A stretch of DNA of 39,845 nt, taken from contig BTVV01000052.1 of NCBI GenBank assembly GCA_045863855.1, positions 1 to 39,845 of the forward strand, in the 5' to 3' direction. The notes beneath the pieces were generated by a model. That model was not told the origin of the DNA. It saw only the letters and a list, made by a program, of their open reading frames with translations, and did no database searches. Positions 39,105 to 39,845 of this stretch are shown piece after piece. The DNA is from Planctomycetota bacterium (GTDB taxonomy: Bacteria; Planctomycetota; SZUA-567; H5-PLA8). Numbering within the stretch: position 1 is the stretch's first letter; each line of letters starts with the position of its first letter. Made by a program: the position numbers and the translations under genes.

Positions 39105-39845
39105 CTACGGTTGCCGTCCCGGCAGACGATCGTCGGGAATCGGGTCCGGCGCACCGCGGCGCTTCAAGAACAGCAGGTAAGCCTGCTCCGGCGGTCCGAT
39201 CGCCTGCCACGGCACGTAATGAGACCGAATCCACGTCCCGCAGGACGGCGCATAATCCACGCCAAAGCCCCGCGCGCCGAACTGCGAGAGATCGTACGCC
39301 ACGCGCACGATCACGTCCGGCGGCTCGCGCTCCAACCGTTCCAACAGCCGGGGCTCCGCATAGTCGCCGCTCAAATCGGTAGGCAGAAAATGATACAGGC
39401 CATAGGGCAGTTCCACGCCCGCCAATACCGCCAGCCCCGCCCCTTCCGGGACGATTAGCACCCGCGTCCTGGGCGGCAGCGCTTTAAGCAGTTCCACCGC
39501 CGCACGATAGTAGCTTCCCGTCGGCGCGCCCTGGATGCGCTCCAGTACGTACATCCGCCCGCGCGGACCTTCGAGCGCTACACGCCGTTCGGCAAGCACC
39601 TGCCACGAGGCCGTCCCGTGCGTCACCAGCAGCCCCGCAAAAATGCCCGCTCCGCCCCAATGCCACCACCGCGCCTCGATCCGTGGAAACCAATCCGGCA
39701 GGTGCTTGAACCACAGCACCGCGAAAGCCGCCAGCGCCGACGGCAGCATGTAAAAACCGAAGTGGTACGCGTGCGCATTCAAGCCCAGCCGCGCCAGCAT
39801 GGCTCCGGCAAAGGTCCAGAGGATTAACGCGGGCAGCGTATTCAA
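39105..39845 (-). CDS. Integral membrane protein, C-terminal part (possible GT-C/ArnT-like glycosyltransferase); 5' end outside the window
   Basis: Three hydrophobic helices with a YHFGFYMLP loop, then a soluble domain (LPPRTRVLIVPEG...LEREPPDVIV...WIRSHY). Confidence 0.6.
   Translation of the reverse strand: MNTLPALILWTFAGAMLARLGLNAHAYHFGFYMLPSALAAFAVLWFKHLPDWFPRIEARWWHWGGAGIFAGLLVTHGTASWQVLAERRVALEGPRGRMYVLERIQGAPTGSYYRAAVELLKALPPRTRVLIVPEGAGLAVLAGVELPYGLYHFLPTDLSGDYAEPRLLERLEREPPDVIVRVAYDLSQFGARGFGVDYAPSCGTWIRSHYVPWQAIGPPEQAYLLFLKRRGAPDPIPDDRLPGRQP

Overview
High-GC bacterial chromosomal segment, probably Planctomycetota (inferred from the ClpC N-terminus and the large secreted PQQ-propeller/TPR, DUF4159 and zinc-ribbon proteins). 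The left part holds a partial O-methyltransferase, a zinc-ribbon/coiled-coil protein, asnS, a low-GC SIMPL-like gene, clpC, a three-gene sugar-catabolic cluster, a stand-alone Clp N-domain gene, tRNA-Arg(UCG), a small HTH gene, an uncharacterised gene paired with fahA, a PQQ-propeller gene and msrA. A perfect parS palindrome lies at 16561. The right part encodes mostly large exported proteins: a VWA/Ig-repeat/two-TM protein separated from a DUF4159 ORF by one in-frame TGA, pyk, a C45 Ntn-hydrolase, a 3071-aa multidomain protein, a TPR-HExxH peptidase and a partial membrane protein. No CRISPR array, rRNA, integrase or transposase was seen. All domain calls come from motif recognition by eye, not from database searches.
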